Shown one piece after another: positions 47,510 through 57,024 of a stretch of DNA of 64,000 nucleotides. The translations under genes and the position numbers were made by a program. The DNA is from Acidobacteriota bacterium (lineage in GTDB: Bacteria; Acidobacteriota; Vicinamibacteria; Vicinamibacterales; 2-12-FULL-66-21). The stretch spans positions 690-64,689 of the forward strand of contig JBKPQB010000010.1 in the NCBI GenBank assembly GCA_046733875.1, in the 5' to 3' direction. Position 1 is the first letter of the stretch, and the number at the start of each line of letters is the position of its first letter. The notes beneath the pieces are model-generated. The model searched no databases, was not told the origin of the DNA, and saw only the letters and a program-made list of their open reading frames with translations.

Positions 47510-50500
47510 ATGGGACCATCCACATCCAGCTCGCTTTCGCTGCGCGCGCTGCTCAAGACGGCGGCATCGCGCCTTCCCCGGAGTGCCCCGGGTCAGCCGA
47601 TCGCGGGTCTCACAGCCGCGGCGAAAGCCTTCTTTGCCGCCGCGACCGCCTCGCGGGAGAAGGTCGTCCTCGTCGTACCCTCGGATGCGGAGGTCGAGCA
47701 GCTCACGCCCGACGCGCGCTTTTTCCTTGGGGCGCTCGAAGGGCTCTCCGAGGCCGAAGCAGCGCACGTCGTGCTCCCATTCCCCTCTCATGAGGTCGAT
47801 CCGTACCGCGGCCTTGCCCCGCACTTCGAGATCGCATCGGCGCGGGCGCGGGCGCTGTTCGGGCTGGCCGACGGTTCCGCGCGTGTGGTGATCGCGTCGG
47901 CGACGGCGCTCCTTCCCCGACTGAGCCCGCCCGCTCGCGTGCGGGGCGCCGGTCTCCTCCTGCGCCCGGGCGATGACGTGTCGCCGCTCGATCTGGCTGA
48001 CCGGCTGGTGGAGGGAGGTTATCGGCGGCAGGATCCCACGGATGAGCCTGGCGAGTTCTCCGCCCGCGGCGGCGTGGTGGATTTCTACCCGGCGGGCGAG
48101 CGTCAGCCGATTCGGCTGGAATTCATCGGGGACACGATCGAGTCGCTCCGCACGTACGACCCGTCGACCCAGCGCTCGACGGGCCCGCTCGATCAGACGG
48201 CGATCGTGCCGCTCCAGGAAGTACTGATGGAGGCCGACGTCCCGGATCGTTCCGCGACGATTCTGGACTATCTCGCCTCGGCGCGGCCGATCGTCTTCGT
48301 CTCCGAGCCGGACGAAGTCCGCGCGGCAATCGCGAAGCTCCAGGGGCAGATCGAGGAGAGCTTCGAAGAGACGGGCCGACGCAATCAGATCGCCCCCCCG
48401 CCAGAATCGCTCGTGATCCGTCCCGAGGATCTCGCGGAACTGCTGAAGCACGGCACGCCGATGCAGACGCTCGCGGTGGAAGCGGACGGAGCGGTGCACG
48501 TTCCCTGTCAGCCCGCGATGGAGTTCGCCGGCCGCGTTCCCGATTGGGTAGCGGAGCTGCGGCGGACGCGCGACCGCGGCGACACGGTCGTCTTCGTCGC
48601 CCACTCGCAGGGTCGCGCGGAGCGCGTGATCGAGATGCTCGCGGACTATCAAATCCCGGCATCGCCGATCGATCGCGGCGAGGACTCGCATGCGCGCGCC
48701 GTGCTCGTGACCGTCGGTCACCTCTCGAAGGGTTTCCGCCTGCCCGATGCGGCGCTGCAGCTCTGGGCGGAGACGGACGTCTTCGACGAGGAACGCCACA
48801 CGCACGAACGCCGCCGCTCGGCAGCGAGGGCGTTTCTGTCGGACTTCCGCGACCTGAAGGTTGGGGATCTCGTCGTCCACGTGGACCACGGGATCGGGGT
48901 CTTTGTCGGCCTGAAGCGCATCGAGGTCGGGCTCGAACCGCAGGAGTTCATGGAGCTCCGCTACGCCGGAGAGGACAAGCTCTTCGTGCCCGTCGAGCGG
49001 CTCGATCTCGTCCAGAAGTACACCGGCGCAACCCGTCCGTCTCTGGATCGCCTGGGCGGGACGACGTGGGAAAAGGCGAAGACACGCGTCAAGAAGGCGA
49101 TGCGCGACATGGCGGAGGAGCTGCTGAAGCTCTATGCATCGCGCCGCGCGATTCCCGGCCATGCCTTCAGCGCCGACACGCACTGGCAGCAGGAGTTCGA
49201 AGAAGCGTTCGAATGGGAGCTGACGCCCGACCAGCAGGCCGCGATCGCCGACATCAAGCGCGACATGGAAGCGCCGACGCCGATGGACCGGCTGCTCTGC
49301 GGCGACGTCGGGTACGGGAAGACGGAAGTCGCCATGCGCGCGGCGTTCAAGGCGGTCATGGACGGCAAGCAGGTCGCCTTCCTCGCGCCAACGACCGTCC
49401 TCGCGTTTCAACACCTGAAGACACTCACAGATCGGTTCGCGGCATTTCCCGTGCGGATCGACATGGTGAGCCGCTTCCGCAGCAAGGCCGAGCAGAAGCA
49501 GATTCTGGCGGATCTCGAAGCCAGCAAGGTCGAGATCATCGTCGGCACGCACAGACTGCTGTCGAAGGACGTCAAGTTCCGCGATCTCGGTCTGCTGATC
49601 GTCGACGAGGAGCAGCGCTTCGGCGTCGCGCACAAGGAGCGCATCAAGCAGCTCCGGAAGCGCGTCGACGTGCTGACGATGACGGCGACGCCGATACCGC
49701 GGACGCTGAACATGTCGTTGGCAGGCATCCGCGACATGTCGATCATCGAGACGCCACCGAAGGACCGCCTCTCGATCCAGACGAACGTCGTCAAGTTCGA
49801 CCAGGCCGTGATCTCGCGCGCGATCCGGACCGAGCTCGAACGCGGCGGCCAGGTATATTTCGTCCACAACCGCGTGGAATCGATCTACTCGCTGGGCAAC
49901 CTGATCACGCGTCTGGTGCCCGAGGCGCGCATCGCCGTCGGCCATGGCCAGATGGCGGAGGACGCGCTCGAGCGCGTCATGGTCGATTTTGTCGGCCACA
50001 AGTACGACGTCCTTCTCGCGACGACAATCATCGAGAACGGGCTGGACATCCCGAATGCGAACACGATCGTGATCAACCGCGCCGACCGGTACGGGCTGTC
50101 GCAGCTCTATCAGCTTCGCGGGCGCGTCGGCCGTTCGGATCGCCGCGCGTACGCGTATTTGCTCATTCCGCCCGAGGAAGCGTTATCGCCGGTGGCGAAG
50201 AAGCGGCTGGCCGCGATCCGCGAGTTCAGCGACCTCGGCAGCGGCTTCCGCGTGGCGGCCCTGGATCTCGAGATCCGGGGCGCGGGTAATCTCCTGGGCG
50301 GAGAGCAGAGCGGACATATCGAAGCCGTCGGCTTCGACATGTACATGAAGCTCCTGGAACAGACGATCAAGGAACTGAAGGGCGAGGAGATCGAGGACGA
50401 AGCGCGCGCGACGGTCAATCTGCGCGTCGATCTCCGGATCGACGAGAGCTACATCCCTGACATGAACCAGCGGCTCACCGTCTATCGGCGGATGGCTGGC

Positions 50501-51013
50501 GTCCGCTCCGAAACGGAACTCGGGCGCGTCATCGAAGAAGTCCGCGATCGCTACGGACCCCCGCCGCCCTCGATTGAGAATCTTGCAGAGTACGCGCTCA
50601 TCCGCGTCCTGGCAGACGGCGTCGGCGTCGAGTCGATCGACCGCGAAGCGCAGGTCGTCGTCTTAAAGTTCAGGCCGGAGGCGCGCCTCGACCCGGCGTG
50701 GCTGTTCCGGCTCGTCCAGGAGCGGCAGGACATCCAGCTCACGCCGCCGGCAACGCTCAAGCTCGACTTGCGAAAGCTCCCCACGGATGGCGGACGTCCT
50801 GCGGTTGCCTCCCGGCCGCTTCGCGGATCCAGGGCCGCATTGCCGAAGGCGTCCTGGTGGACGGCCCGTGCGACGGCCGGGGAAGTAACGCCGGGTTTCA
50901 GCCGCGACGAGATCCTCCGCCCCGCGAAGGAGGATCCTCGGGGCGAGGGAGGCGTCTTCAGCCGCGTCTCCGGACTGCTGCGCGAGTTGAGCGAGGGCGT
51001 CGGCGTGCGCTAA
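47510..51013 (+). CDS. mfd: Transcription-repair coupling factor
   Basis: UvrB-homology module, VVHVDHGIG (RID), CGDVGYGKTEVA, DEEQRFGV, QLRGRVGRS, DLEIRGAGNLLG, TRCF domain. Confidence 0.98.
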   Translation: MGPSTSSSLSLRALLKTAASRLPRSAPGQPIAGLTAAAKAFFAAATASREKVVLVVPSDAEVEQLTPDARFFLGALEGLSEAEAAHVVLPFPSHEVDPYRGLAPHFEIASARARALFGLADGSARVVIASATALLPRLSPPARVRGAGLLLRPGDDVSPLDLADRLVEGGYRRQDPTDEPGEFSARGGVVDFYPAGERQPIRLEFIGDTIESLRTYDPSTQRSTGPLDQTAIVPLQEVLMEADVPDRSATILDYLASARPIVFVSEPDEVRAAIAKLQGQIEESFEETGRRNQIAPPPESLVIRPEDLAELLKHGTPMQTLAVEADGAVHVPCQPAMEFAGRVPDWVAELRRTRDRGDTVVFVAHSQGRAERVIEMLADYQIPASPIDRGEDSHARAVLVTVGHLSKGFRLPDAALQLWAETDVFDEERHTHERRRSAARAFLSDFRDLKVGDLVVHVDHGIGVFVGLKRIEVGLEPQEFMELRYAGEDKLFVPVERLDLVQKYTGATRPSLDRLGGTTWEKAKTRVKKAMRDMAEELLKLYASRRAIPGHAFSADTHWQQEFEEAFEWELTPDQQAAIADIKRDMEAPTPMDRLLCGDVGYGKTEVAMRAAFKAVMDGKQVAFLAPTTVLAFQHLKTLTDRFAAFPVRIDMVSRFRSKAEQKQILADLEASKVEIIVGTHRLLSKDVKFRDLGLLIVDEEQRFGVAHKERIKQLRKRVDVLTMTATPIPRTLNMSLAGIRDMSIIETPPKDRLSIQTNVVKFDQAVISRAIRTELERGGQVYFVHNRVESIYSLGNLITRLVPEARIAVGHGQMAEDALERVMVDFVGHKYDVLLATTIIENGLDIPNANTIVINRADRYGLSQLYQLRGRVGRSDRRAYAYLLIPPEEALSPVAKKRLAAIREFSDLGSGFRVAALDLEIRGAGNLLGGEQSGHIEAVGFDMYMKLLEQTIKELKGEEIEDEARATVNLRVDLRIDESYIPDMNQRLTVYRRMAGVRSETELGRVIEEVRDRYGPPPPSIENLAEYALIRVLADGVGVESIDREAQVVVLKFRPEARLDPAWLFRLVQERQDIQLTPPATLKLDLRKLPTDGGRPAVASRPLRGSRAALPKASWWTARATAGEVTPGFSRDEILRPAKEDPRGEGGVFSRVSGLLRELSEGVGVR

Positions 51014-51048
51014 AATACAGAAATACAGGTATTTACGGAATTACACCC

Positions 51049-52146
51049 ATGAAGAAGATCCTCGCGGCGGCGCTCGTCGGAGTGCTGTCGATCTGGTCCG
51101 CTGGAACCCTCCGCGCCGCCGCGCCTGCCGGTGAAGTCATCGAGCAGATCCTCGTCAAGGTGAATGGCGACATCATCACCAAGACCGATCTGGAGCAGCG
51201 TCAGGTCTCGGCACTCCGGCAGCGTCTCAATGGCAAAGTCGATCCCGAGATGATGAAGAACGACGCCGAGCTGAAGAAGATGCTCGCCGAGATCACACCC
51301 GAAGTGCTCGTGAACGCCGTCGACGAGCTGCTGCTCCTTCAGCGGGGCAAGGAGCTCGGTTTCCATCTTGGAGACGAACAGTTCCGGCAGGTCGTCAACA
51401 ACATCCGCAAGGAGCAGAACCTCCAGGACGACGCGAAGTTCCAGGCGGCGCTCAAGCAGGAGAACATGACGATGGACGACCTGCGCCGGTCGCTCGAGCG
51501 GCAGATGCTCATCGAACAGGTCCAGCGCCAGGAAGTCGGGTCGAAGCTCACGATCACCGAGGCCGAGGCACGGCAGTACTACGATCAACATCCGAAGGAA
51601 TTCACCGATCCGGCATCGATCACGCTGCGCGAGATCGTCGTCGACGTGCCCGCGCAGAAGGGGCAGCAGGGCCAGACGTTCAACGTGGGTCTGGACGATG
51701 CCGCGATGAAGAAGATCGAGGCGGCGCGCGCCCGGATCACGAAGGGCGAGGACTTTGCGAAGGTGGCGGCGGACGTCTCGGACTCGTCGTCGAAGGGGAA
51801 CGGTGGACTGATCGGACCGTTCGCGCGCGACGACATCTCTCCGCAGCTCCGGGAGCTCCTGGACAAAATGAAGCCTGGCGATGTGACGCAGCCGCTGCGC
51901 ACGCCGCGCGGGTACCAGTTGTTGAAGCTGGAAGCGGTCAAGCCCGAGACGCTGCAGCCGTTCGATCACGTCCGCGATTTGATCGCCGACAAGGTTGCTG
52001 CCGCGCGGACGCAGACCGAGATGCGCAAGTTCCTCACGCGCCTTCGATCCCAGGCGCTGATCGAGTGGAAGAACGAGGAGCTGAAGAAGGCCTACGAGAA
52101 GCAGGTCGCCGCAGACGAAGCGGCTGCGGCGGCGTCCGGCAGCTGA
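51049..52146 (+). CDS. SurA/PrsA-like parvulin peptidyl-prolyl isomerase
   Basis: Signal peptide, ILVKVNGDIITK SurA N-domain, GEDFAKVAADVSD...GGLIG parvulin domain. Confidence 0.9.
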   Translation: MKKILAAALVGVLSIWSAGTLRAAAPAGEVIEQILVKVNGDIITKTDLEQRQVSALRQRLNGKVDPEMMKNDAELKKMLAEITPEVLVNAVDELLLLQRGKELGFHLGDEQFRQVVNNIRKEQNLQDDAKFQAALKQENMTMDDLRRSLERQMLIEQVQRQEVGSKLTITEAEARQYYDQHPKEFTDPASITLREIVVDVPAQKGQQGQTFNVGLDDAAMKKIEAARARITKGEDFAKVAADVSDSSSKGNGGLIGPFARDDISPQLRELLDKMKPGDVTQPLRTPRGYQLLKLEAVKPETLQPFDHVRDLIADKVAAARTQTEMRKFLTRLRSQALIEWKNEELKKAYEKQVAADEAAAAASGS

Positions 52147-52664
52147 TGTCCGGTGGGGGCGACTCGCGGCCGGCAGGTGCTGCATGGTACGCGGTCTGGA
52201 CGCGTTCGCGCCACGAGCAGACCGTCCGCGACCAGATTGAGCGCAAGGGCTACGAAGCATTTCTTCCGACGATTCCCCGATGGAGCCGCTGGAAGGATCG
52301 GCGGAAGAAGATCGACTGGCCGCTGTTTCCCGGCTACTGCTTCGTCCGGTTCGAGAGTCAGAACCGCCTGCCCATCCTGACCTGCTCCGGCGTCGTCACC
52401 ATCGTGTCGTTCAACGGCGACATCGCGCCGATTCCCGATCAGGAGATCGAGGGCATCCGCCGCCTCGTGGAAAGCGATCTGCAGTACGATCCATGCCCGC
52501 TGATTCGCGAGGGCACCATCGTCGAAGTGATTCACGGGCCCTTGAAGGGCGTGACCGGGCGTCTGACGCGCAAGGGGGCGCACGCGCGTCTCGTCCTCGC
52601 GGTTGATTTGATCGGCCAAGCGGTCAGTGTAGAAGTCGACGCCGCGGACGTTCGGGCGTACTGA
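52146..52664 (+). CDS. NusG-paralog transcription antiterminator (UpxY/LoaP-like)
   Basis: WYAVWTRSRHE, WKDRRKKIDWPLFPGYCFVR NGN domain, GPLKGVTG KOW motif. ATG overlaps the surA stop. Confidence 0.9.
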   Translation: MSGGGDSRPAGAAWYAVWTRSRHEQTVRDQIERKGYEAFLPTIPRWSRWKDRRKKIDWPLFPGYCFVRFESQNRLPILTCSGVVTIVSFNGDIAPIPDQEIEGIRRLVESDLQYDPCPLIREGTIVEVIHGPLKGVTGRLTRKGAHARLVLAVDLIGQAVSVEVDAADVRAY

Positions 52665-52674
52665 ATGAGCGGGA

Positions 52675-52727
52675 CGCGCAATTAAGGTTGCGCGCTGGCG
52701 GAACTAGCGCGGAACTTGAGTTCCGCG
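52675..52727. repeat. REP-like hairpin doublet
   Basis: CGCGCAA-TTAAGG-TTGCGCG-CTGG ... CTAG-CGCGGAACT-TG-AGTTCCGCG. Confidence 0.6.
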
Positions 52728-52737
52728 GAATGACATC

Positions 52738-53781
52738 ATGAAAATTGGCGACGTGACACTCGACACGCCGTTCGCGCTCGCGCCGATGGCAGGCATGACC
52801 GACACGGCGTTCCGCCGCCTGGTGAAGCGCAAGGGCGGCTGCGGCCTCGTCGTCACCGAGATGGTCAGCTCCGAAGGCCTCGTCCGCGGAATTGACCGGA
52901 CGCTCGAGTACGCGGAGTACACCGAGGAAGAGCGGCCCGTCTCGATTCAGATCTTCGGCGGCGATCCCGCGAAGATGGCCGCGGCGGCGCAGATCGTCGA
53001 AGGCATGGGCGCGGACATCGTCGACGTGAACATGGGCTGCCCTGTGCCGAAGATTGCGAAGCACAGCGCCGGATGCAGCCTGATGCGCGAACCGGAGCAC
53101 GCGCAGGCGATCGTCGGCGCCATGGCGAAAGCCGTGCGCATTCCGGTGACGGTGAAGATGCGCGCCGGCTGGGACGACGGGCAGATCAATGCGCCGGAGC
53201 TGGCGAAGCGCGTGGCTGATGCGGGCGCGGCCGCGATCGCGGTGCACGGGCGCACGGCGGCGCAATCGTACTCGGGCTCTTCCGATTGGGATCTCATCGC
53301 GCGCGTCGCGCGCGGGGTGGGCGTGCCGGTCTTCGGCAGCGGCGACTGCGTAGAACCATCGCAGTTGATCGAGCGCTTGAATAGCGGCATCGCCGGCGTG
53401 CTCGTCGGGCGCGGAGCGCTGCGCAACCCGTGGATCTTTCAGCAGGCGACAACGCTGGCGACTGGCGCCAGTGCTGATGTCGCCCCGCTCGAAGCCCGCG
53501 GCCATTTCCTCCTCGAGTACATCGAGCTGCTGCTGCACGAGCGGACGGGTGAGGCCGAGGGCTTCCGGCACGTCGCACCTGGCGATCCGTCCGTCGCGTC
53601 ACCTGCGAGGGGGCACGATCGCTGGGTGATCAACAAGCTGCGGGCGCTGAATTCGTGGTACACGAAGGGGCTCGAGAACGGCTCGCACCTGCGCGTCGCG
53701 ATCAACGCCGCGGAATCGATCCCTCAGCTCCGTGAGAGCATCGAAGCATTCTTTGAGGTGAAGGCAGCCGCGGCCGCGTAA
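52738..53781 (+). CDS. dusB: tRNA-dihydrouridine synthase
   Basis: LAPMAGMTD, TEMVS, DVNMGCPVPK, TVKMRAGWD, VHGRT, GRGALRNPWIF. Confidence 0.92.
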   Translation: MKIGDVTLDTPFALAPMAGMTDTAFRRLVKRKGGCGLVVTEMVSSEGLVRGIDRTLEYAEYTEEERPVSIQIFGGDPAKMAAAAQIVEGMGADIVDVNMGCPVPKIAKHSAGCSLMREPEHAQAIVGAMAKAVRIPVTVKMRAGWDDGQINAPELAKRVADAGAAAIAVHGRTAAQSYSGSSDWDLIARVARGVGVPVFGSGDCVEPSQLIERLNSGIAGVLVGRGALRNPWIFQQATTLATGASADVAPLEARGHFLLEYIELLLHERTGEAEGFRHVAPGDPSVASPARGHDRWVINKLRALNSWYTKGLENGSHLRVAINAAESIPQLRESIEAFFEVKAAAAA

Positions 53782-53800
53782 AGCCGTCAACGAGGCCGAC

Positions 53801-54283
53801 CTATCGCCGCACGTTGTGCGCATTGCGCGCGACGATCGCCGCCGTCGCGCCGTTCAGTGCAGCCATCAGAACGATGGCGCCAGCGCGATTCTTCTTCCAT
53901 GCGCGTTCCGCAAAGAAGATCGTTGCGGCGCCGGCCGCTCCCTTGATCGCCAGCGCTCTTGCGGTTCCACCTGACCTGAGGAGCGGGTTGGCTTCGGTTG
54001 CGCCCGCCGAAAGTGCGCGGCGCGTCGAATAGATGTCGAGCCCTTGCAGCGCGGCATACGTGCCGTAGAGCGCCGGGAGTACTGCCGGACGCCGATCCGC
54101 CCGATCTACTGCCCACGCCGGGATCGTGTACGCTGCTTCTCTCGCCGCCTGCGCGATCGCACTTGAGATCGGCGCCTCTGGCCGCGGCGCTCCTTCCGCT
54201 CGCGCCGCAGCGGCGCCAACCATCACGAACGCCAGTGTCAGGCAACTGACGCGCAGTATCGATCGATCCTGTCGCTTGCTCAT
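53801..54283 (-). CDS. Secreted/membrane hypothetical protein (DUF5658-like)
   Basis: Signal peptide followed by LDIYSTRRALSAGATEANPLL and hydrophobic segments. Confidence 0.65.
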   Translation of the reverse strand: MSKRQDRSILRVSCLTLAFVMVGAAAARAEGAPRPEAPISSAIAQAAREAAYTIPAWAVDRADRRPAVLPALYGTYAALQGLDIYSTRRALSAGATEANPLLRSGGTARALAIKGAAGAATIFFAERAWKKNRAGAIVLMAALNGATAAIVARNAHNVRR

Positions 54284-54424
54284 GCGCCCTTACGTAGCGG
54301 TGTCCATGCCAGGCGGTCCAATCCGCCAAACGTTGCACGCTCAGCGACTTATCGGACGTGATGTGTGGGCGGGTACGGCGCGCGTGCGCCGGCGCCGCAC
54401 AACAGGTGTGCGGTTCGACCAGGA

Positions 54425-54479
54425 CTTCCGGGCTGAAAGCCGAAGCCACGAAATTGTGGCTTCCGCCTTCAGCCGGAAG
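54425..54479. repeat. REP-like inverted doublet (GTGG foot)
   Basis: CTTCCGGGCTGAAAGCCGAAGCCAC-gaaatt-GTGGCTTCCGCCTTCAGCCGGAAG. Each arm is itself a hairpin, and the element overlaps the Dabb gene stop. Confidence 0.75.
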
Positions 54480-54831
54480 ATTCGCCGCTGAGCAGCATCA
54501 GCGCATCAGCGGCTTCAACGACTTCGTAATCGTAGGCGAGCGCGTTCGACGTTGCCGTCGAAAAGAGATGGCCGAGCGCCTGGTGCGCTGGCGCGCGCAG
54601 GTACTGCGTCAGCGCGCGTTCATCATCGAATTCGAGCAGCAGTGCGAAATCGTAATTCGTCGTCATGTGCTGTTCGTACCCGGGCAGCCCGTGCGTGATT
54701 CGGCGGCCGATCCGGAAGCGGCGGATGTCTGGAATGTCGTGCGCTGCGCGGATGAGCGTCTGCGCCGCTCGTTCGCGCTCTGTGAGCGGCAGATCGGACC
54801 GCACGGACAGGAGGACGACGTGCGCGATCAC
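54469..54831 (-). CDS. Dabb-family (stress-responsive A/B barrel) protein
   Basis: GTG start VIAHVVLL, IPDIRRFRIGR, YDFALLLEFDD...YLRAPAH. GTGA overlap with the upstream gene. Confidence 0.8.
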   Translation of the reverse strand: MIAHVVLLSVRSDLPLTERERAAQTLIRAAHDIPDIRRFRIGRRITHGLPGYEQHMTTNYDFALLLEFDDERALTQYLRAPAHQALGHLFSTATSNALAYDYEVVEAADALMLLSGESSG

Positions 54832-55238
54832 TCGTCGTCTTTCTTCTTGTGCGACGGCTTTGGAGGGAGGGCAGTTCGTCTGACGCGCGCCGCAAACCGC
54901 TTCCGCCGCACGTCGCGCGGCACCTTGAAGCGATCGCGCGGATCGCGGTGCTGGCCGCCCGGGCGCCAATCGCGCCCGGGTTCTCCCGGTCCTCGGCGTT
55001 CGCGCCTGTTGGCCGGTCTGCGCTCGTCCGGCCGGGTCGCGCGTTGACGAAAGAGCGCCTCGCGTGCTTCTTCCGGAGACGTCCACAACCGGCCACGCGC
55101 GAACCACATGAGCACTGCGTCCGGATGCTTGGACTGCAACTGCTTCAGCGTCGGCAGCAATTCGTCGCGCTCGGCCGCGCGAAACGAGGTCGGCGCGTTG
55201 CCATAGATGATCGTCCAGAAGGCATGGCGAGGCGGCAT
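54828..55238 (-). CDS. Hypothetical basic protein
   Basis: Fills the gap between the activator and Dabb with tight junctions. Aromatic-rich N-domain (FWTIIYG...WFARGRLW) and Arg-rich tail. Confidence 0.7.
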   Translation of the reverse strand: MPPRHAFWTIIYGNAPTSFRAAERDELLPTLKQLQSKHPDAVLMWFARGRLWTSPEEAREALFRQRATRPDERRPANRRERRGPGEPGRDWRPGGQHRDPRDRFKVPRDVRRKRFAARVRRTALPPKPSHKKKDDE

Positions 55239-55244
55239 GCGACG

Positions 55245-56639
55245 CTAGGCCTCCGGTTGCCGGTCGAGCCGCTTCAGCTTCTCGATCAGCGTCGTGCGCT
55301 TCAGATTCAGCAGGCGCGCCGCCCGTACCTTGTTCCCCTGCGTCCGTTCGAGGGAGCGCTTGATCAACGTCAGCTCGATCCCTTCCATGTACCGCTCGAG
55401 ATCGATCCCCTCGTCGGGAAACCATTCGTCGGTGCCGTCGCCGGTATTCGGCAGCGCCTGCACTTCCGGTCCGAGATCGTCGATCTCGATCTGCGCACGC
55501 CCCTGACTGAACGTGAGCGCGCGTTCGACGACGTTTTCCAATTGACGGACGTTGCCCGGCCACGAGTACGCCATCAGACGCCGCATCGCCTCCTGCGACA
55601 TCGTTACCGTCCGGGGCGGCACGTACTCGGCGCCGAGCTTCTGCAGGAAATGCTGCACGAGCAGCGGGATGTCTTCGCGGCGCTCGCGCAGCGGCGGAAG
55701 CTGCACGGGGATGACGTTGAGACGGTAGTACAAATCCTCGCGGAAGGAGCCGTCCGCGACCATCTTCGACAGTTCCGAGTGTGTGGCCGCGATGATGCGG
55801 ACGTCGATCTTGACGGTATGTGAATCGCCCACCCGTTCGAACTCGCGCTCCTGCAGGACACGCAGGAGCTTCGCCTGGAGCGCGGGGCTCATGGTCGCCA
55901 CCTCGTCGAGGAAGAGCGTTCCCTTGTGCGCCTGCTCGAGCCTACCCTGCCGTGCGCCGACCGCGCCCGTGAACGCGCCGCGGACATGACCGAACAGCTC
56001 CGCTTCGAGCAGCGTTTCGGGAATCGCGCTGCAGTTGATCGCGACGAACCTGTTCGCGCGCCGCGAGCTGTTGTGATGGATTGCGCGCGCCGCAAGCTCC
56101 TTGCCCGTTCCCGTTTCGCCCGTGATGAGGACCGTGCTCGATGTGCCGGCCACGGTCTCGAGCAGTTGAAACAGGTTGCGCATCGCGCGGCTGCGCCCGA
56201 CGAGACCGTCGATGCGATAGCGCTCCTCGAGCTGCGATCGCAGGTACGCGTTCTCCGATCGGAGCCGCCGCTGCTCGAGCGCGGAGCGGAGCACGTGCAG
56301 CAGCGCGTCGAACTGGAACGGCTTCGTGATGAAGTCGGCCGCGCCCTGCTTGATCGCGTCGACGGCGTCCTTCACGGTGCCAAACCCCGTGATGATGATC
56401 GCGATGATGTCGGGATAGCGCTCGAGGGCCGCGTCGAGGACTGCCCGGCCGTCCACGCCGGGCAGCCGGAGGTCCGTGATGATGATGTCGAACGCGAAGT
56501 CGGCGAGGCGCGCGAGGGCGTCTTCGCCGCTCGATGCCTGCTCGACGAGGAAGCCGTGATCTGCCAGCCGCTCCGCAATCGCTTCCCGCAGCGCGGCCTC
56601 GTCGTCGACGAGGAGCAGATGTTTCGCGTTTTCAGCCAT
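55245..56639 (-). CDS. Sigma54-dependent response regulator (REC-AAA+-HTH) with FleQ/FlrA-like HTH
   Basis: VDDE...TDLRLPG receiver, GETGTGKE, GAFTGA, LFLDE, WPGNVRQLEN, C-terminal AARLLNLKRTTLIEKLKR. Confidence 0.95.
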   Translation of the reverse strand: MAENAKHLLLVDDEAALREAIAERLADHGFLVEQASSGEDALARLADFAFDIIITDLRLPGVDGRAVLDAALERYPDIIAIIITGFGTVKDAVDAIKQGAADFITKPFQFDALLHVLRSALEQRRLRSENAYLRSQLEERYRIDGLVGRSRAMRNLFQLLETVAGTSSTVLITGETGTGKELAARAIHHNSSRRANRFVAINCSAIPETLLEAELFGHVRGAFTGAVGARQGRLEQAHKGTLFLDEVATMSPALQAKLLRVLQEREFERVGDSHTVKIDVRIIAATHSELSKMVADGSFREDLYYRLNVIPVQLPPLRERREDIPLLVQHFLQKLGAEYVPPRTVTMSQEAMRRLMAYSWPGNVRQLENVVERALTFSQGRAQIEIDDLGPEVQALPNTGDGTDEWFPDEGIDLERYMEGIELTLIKRSLERTQGNKVRAARLLNLKRTTLIEKLKRLDRQPEA

Positions 56640-56823
56640 TTACTCGGCGGCGGTATTTTGACACCCGCAGGAAACGCGGTCAATCGCGGCCGGTCTCTAC
56701 AGGCACCGCTCGGCTGCTCCGATAACATCCACGAATCACGAGCGTCACCCGGCACCGCGGGCGGCGCGAGCAGTCAGGCGGCGCCCGCCGCCGAAGGCGA
56801 GCGGCCAGGTGGCCGAAGCAGAG

Positions 56824-57024
56824 ATGATGATTGATCGCAAGACGATTTCGATCATGAAGGCGTGCGAGCTCGTCGGCGTGAGCCGCCGCACCATCTACAA
56901 CTGGATCGCGAGCGGGAAGGTCGAATACGTGCGGACCGCCGGCGGCTCGGTGCGGATCTTCGTCGACACGCTCTGGCGCGAGCCCGGGCGCGCCGATCAT
57001 CTGCCGCGCCAGGAAGCCTCATGA
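56824..57024 (+). CDS. Excisionase-like (HTH_17/MerR-type) small DNA-binding protein
   Basis: ISIMKACELVGVSRRTIYNWIASGKV...TAGGSVRI. Confidence 0.85.
   Translation: MMIDRKTISIMKACELVGVSRRTIYNWIASGKVEYVRTAGGSVRIFVDTLWREPGRADHLPRQEAS

Noticed and set aside
46763-49999. Very long antisense ORFs (1078 aa opposite mfd; 716 and 636 aa opposite gyrA/gyrB; others)
   Set aside because: Shadow frames expected from high-GC codon bias opposite well-conserved genes; no protein motifs.
54296-54311. Sigma54-like TGGCATGGACACCGCT upstream of the DUF5658-like gene
   Set aside because: GG/GC spacing fits, but the TT of the -12 element is missing; too weak to list as a feature.
56824-57024. Prophage or integrative element suggested by the excisionase-like gene
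   Set aside because: No integrase, att-like repeats or phage genes; the context is a signalling cluster.
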